In this document: piece by piece, positions 63,093 to 64,000 of the stretch | Numbering within the stretch: position 1 is the first letter of the stretch | How the letters are laid out: each line of letters opens with the position of its first letter | Source of the DNA: an uncultured delta proteobacterium | GTDB taxonomy: Bacteria; Desulfobacterota; Syntrophorhabdia; Syntrophorhabdales; WCHB1-27 | Assembly (NCBI GenBank): GCA_963810935.1 | Contig: CAWEPK010000008.1 | Coordinates: 736,001-800,000 of the forward strand | Reading direction: 5' to 3' | Length of the DNA: 64,000 bases | The notes under the pieces: model-generated | Database searches by the model: none | Seen by the model: the letters and a program-made list of their open reading frames with translations, nothing else | What the model was told of the DNA's origin: nothing | Translations under genes and position numbers: made by a program

Positions 63093-63901
63093 ATCATGGG
63101 ATTCATTCAAGATCGGCCCAGCCGCCGGGTTTCCTCAGGCCCGCGACTCGCGCAATCCTTTTGCCGCTCGTAGTTCTTTTGCTGGTGTTGCTCGCGTACG
63201 GGCCGTCGAGCGCCCAGGACGCGCACGGCATCGTGGATGCGGCGGTACGCTACTACCGTGGAAAGTCCTCGGTCTGCGTCATCGATATGAAGATCTCACG
63301 CCCCGGTTGGAGCCGCGAGATGTCGATGAGGGCCTGGACCAAGGGGCAGAAAGACAGCCTCTTCACCATCGTTGCCCCGCCGAAAGACGAGGGTAACGGG
63401 ACGTTGAAGAAGGGGCGGGAAATGTCGACGTACAACCCGAAGGTCAACCGGGTCATCAAGCTGCCCCCCTCGATGATGTCCCAGTCTTGGATGGGCTCCG
63501 ACTTCTCTAATGAAGACCTCGCCAAGTCCGACAGCATAGTCGATGACTACACGCACAGCCTCGAAGGCACCGAAATCCACGAAGGGAAGACGGTCTACGT
63601 AATCAAGTGCACACCGAAGCCGGGCGCGGCCGTCGTCTGGGGGGCGCAAAGGCTGAAGATCAGGGAGGACCGTATCCTTTTGCTTGAGGAATTTTACGAT
63701 GAGGATGGGAAGCTGGTCAAAGCCCTTGCGGGTTCGGAGATCCGACAGATGGGGGGCAAGCTGTTCCCAAAAGTCTGGACGATGCGGAAAGGGACCGAAG
63801 GAACGGAATTCACCGTCGTGACGTACAAGGACATCCGTTTCGATGTGGACATTCCCAACTACTTCTTCAGAGAATCTTCCCTGAAGAGCGCCTGGAGGTA
63901 G
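63089..63901 (+). CDS. LolA-like outer-membrane lipoprotein-sorting family protein
   Basis: Signal peptide; PPKDEG..TLK, SWMGSDFSNED, EFYDEDG.LVK. Confidence 0.85.
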   Translation: MNHGIHSRSAQPPGFLRPATRAILLPLVVLLLVLLAYGPSSAQDAHGIVDAAVRYYRGKSSVCVIDMKISRPGWSREMSMRAWTKGQKDSLFTIVAPPKDEGNGTLKKGREMSTYNPKVNRVIKLPPSMMSQSWMGSDFSNEDLAKSDSIVDDYTHSLEGTEIHEGKTVYVIKCTPKPGAAVVWGAQRLKIREDRILLLEEFYDEDGKLVKALAGSEIRQMGGKLFPKVWTMRKGTEGTEFTVVTYKDIRFDVDIPNYFFRESSLKSAWR

Positions 63902-63905
63902 CACG

Positions 63906-64000
63906 TTGCTCTACGTCCGGATGGCCTGGCGTAACATATGGCGCAACCCCAGGCGATCTCTTTTGACTATGGGGGCAGTCGCCTTTGCCACGGTGCTTCT
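63906..64000 (+). CDS. FtsX/LolE-like ABC permease; 3' partial
   Basis: MLYVRMAWRNIWRNPRRSLLT N-terminal signature. Confidence 0.8.
   Translation, partial: MLYVRMAWRNIWRNPRRSLLTMGAVAFATVL

Overview
A GC-rich bacterial window whose gene content suggests an anaerobic Desulfobacterota/deltaproteobacterium (Syntrophorhabdus-like; this is inference). It holds about 60 CDS. These include signalling proteins (hybrid PAS kinase, PAS-HD-GYP, RHH-PilZ), an AttEFGH-like ABC/lipocalin operon, pncB, serA and opgD. Larger units are a GntR-controlled bicupin/2-oxoacid:ferredoxin oxidoreductase/BASS/Ldh_2 operon, an IorAB-type molybdoenzyme, and an alternative complex III plus cbb3-type oxidase operon. A ceramide cluster (cerR-spt-cerS) is followed by two condensation-fold acyltransferases and a LolA-like/ABC module. 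The strongest non-coding signals are: (1) a dispersed modular REP-like hairpin family with about 9 copies; (2) a complete IS110 element inserted into one copy at a CT core, with target and donor guides readable in its bridge-RNA region and an empty target copy at about 60.25 kb; (3) a cobalamin riboswitch upstream of a ferredoxin plus aldehyde:ferredoxin oxidoreductase; (4) a 38-bp triple direct repeat of the pncB 3' end interleaved with REP copies; and (5) a diverged ~280-bp duplicated upstream region. Five genes carry single-base frameshifts, which may be sequencing errors.
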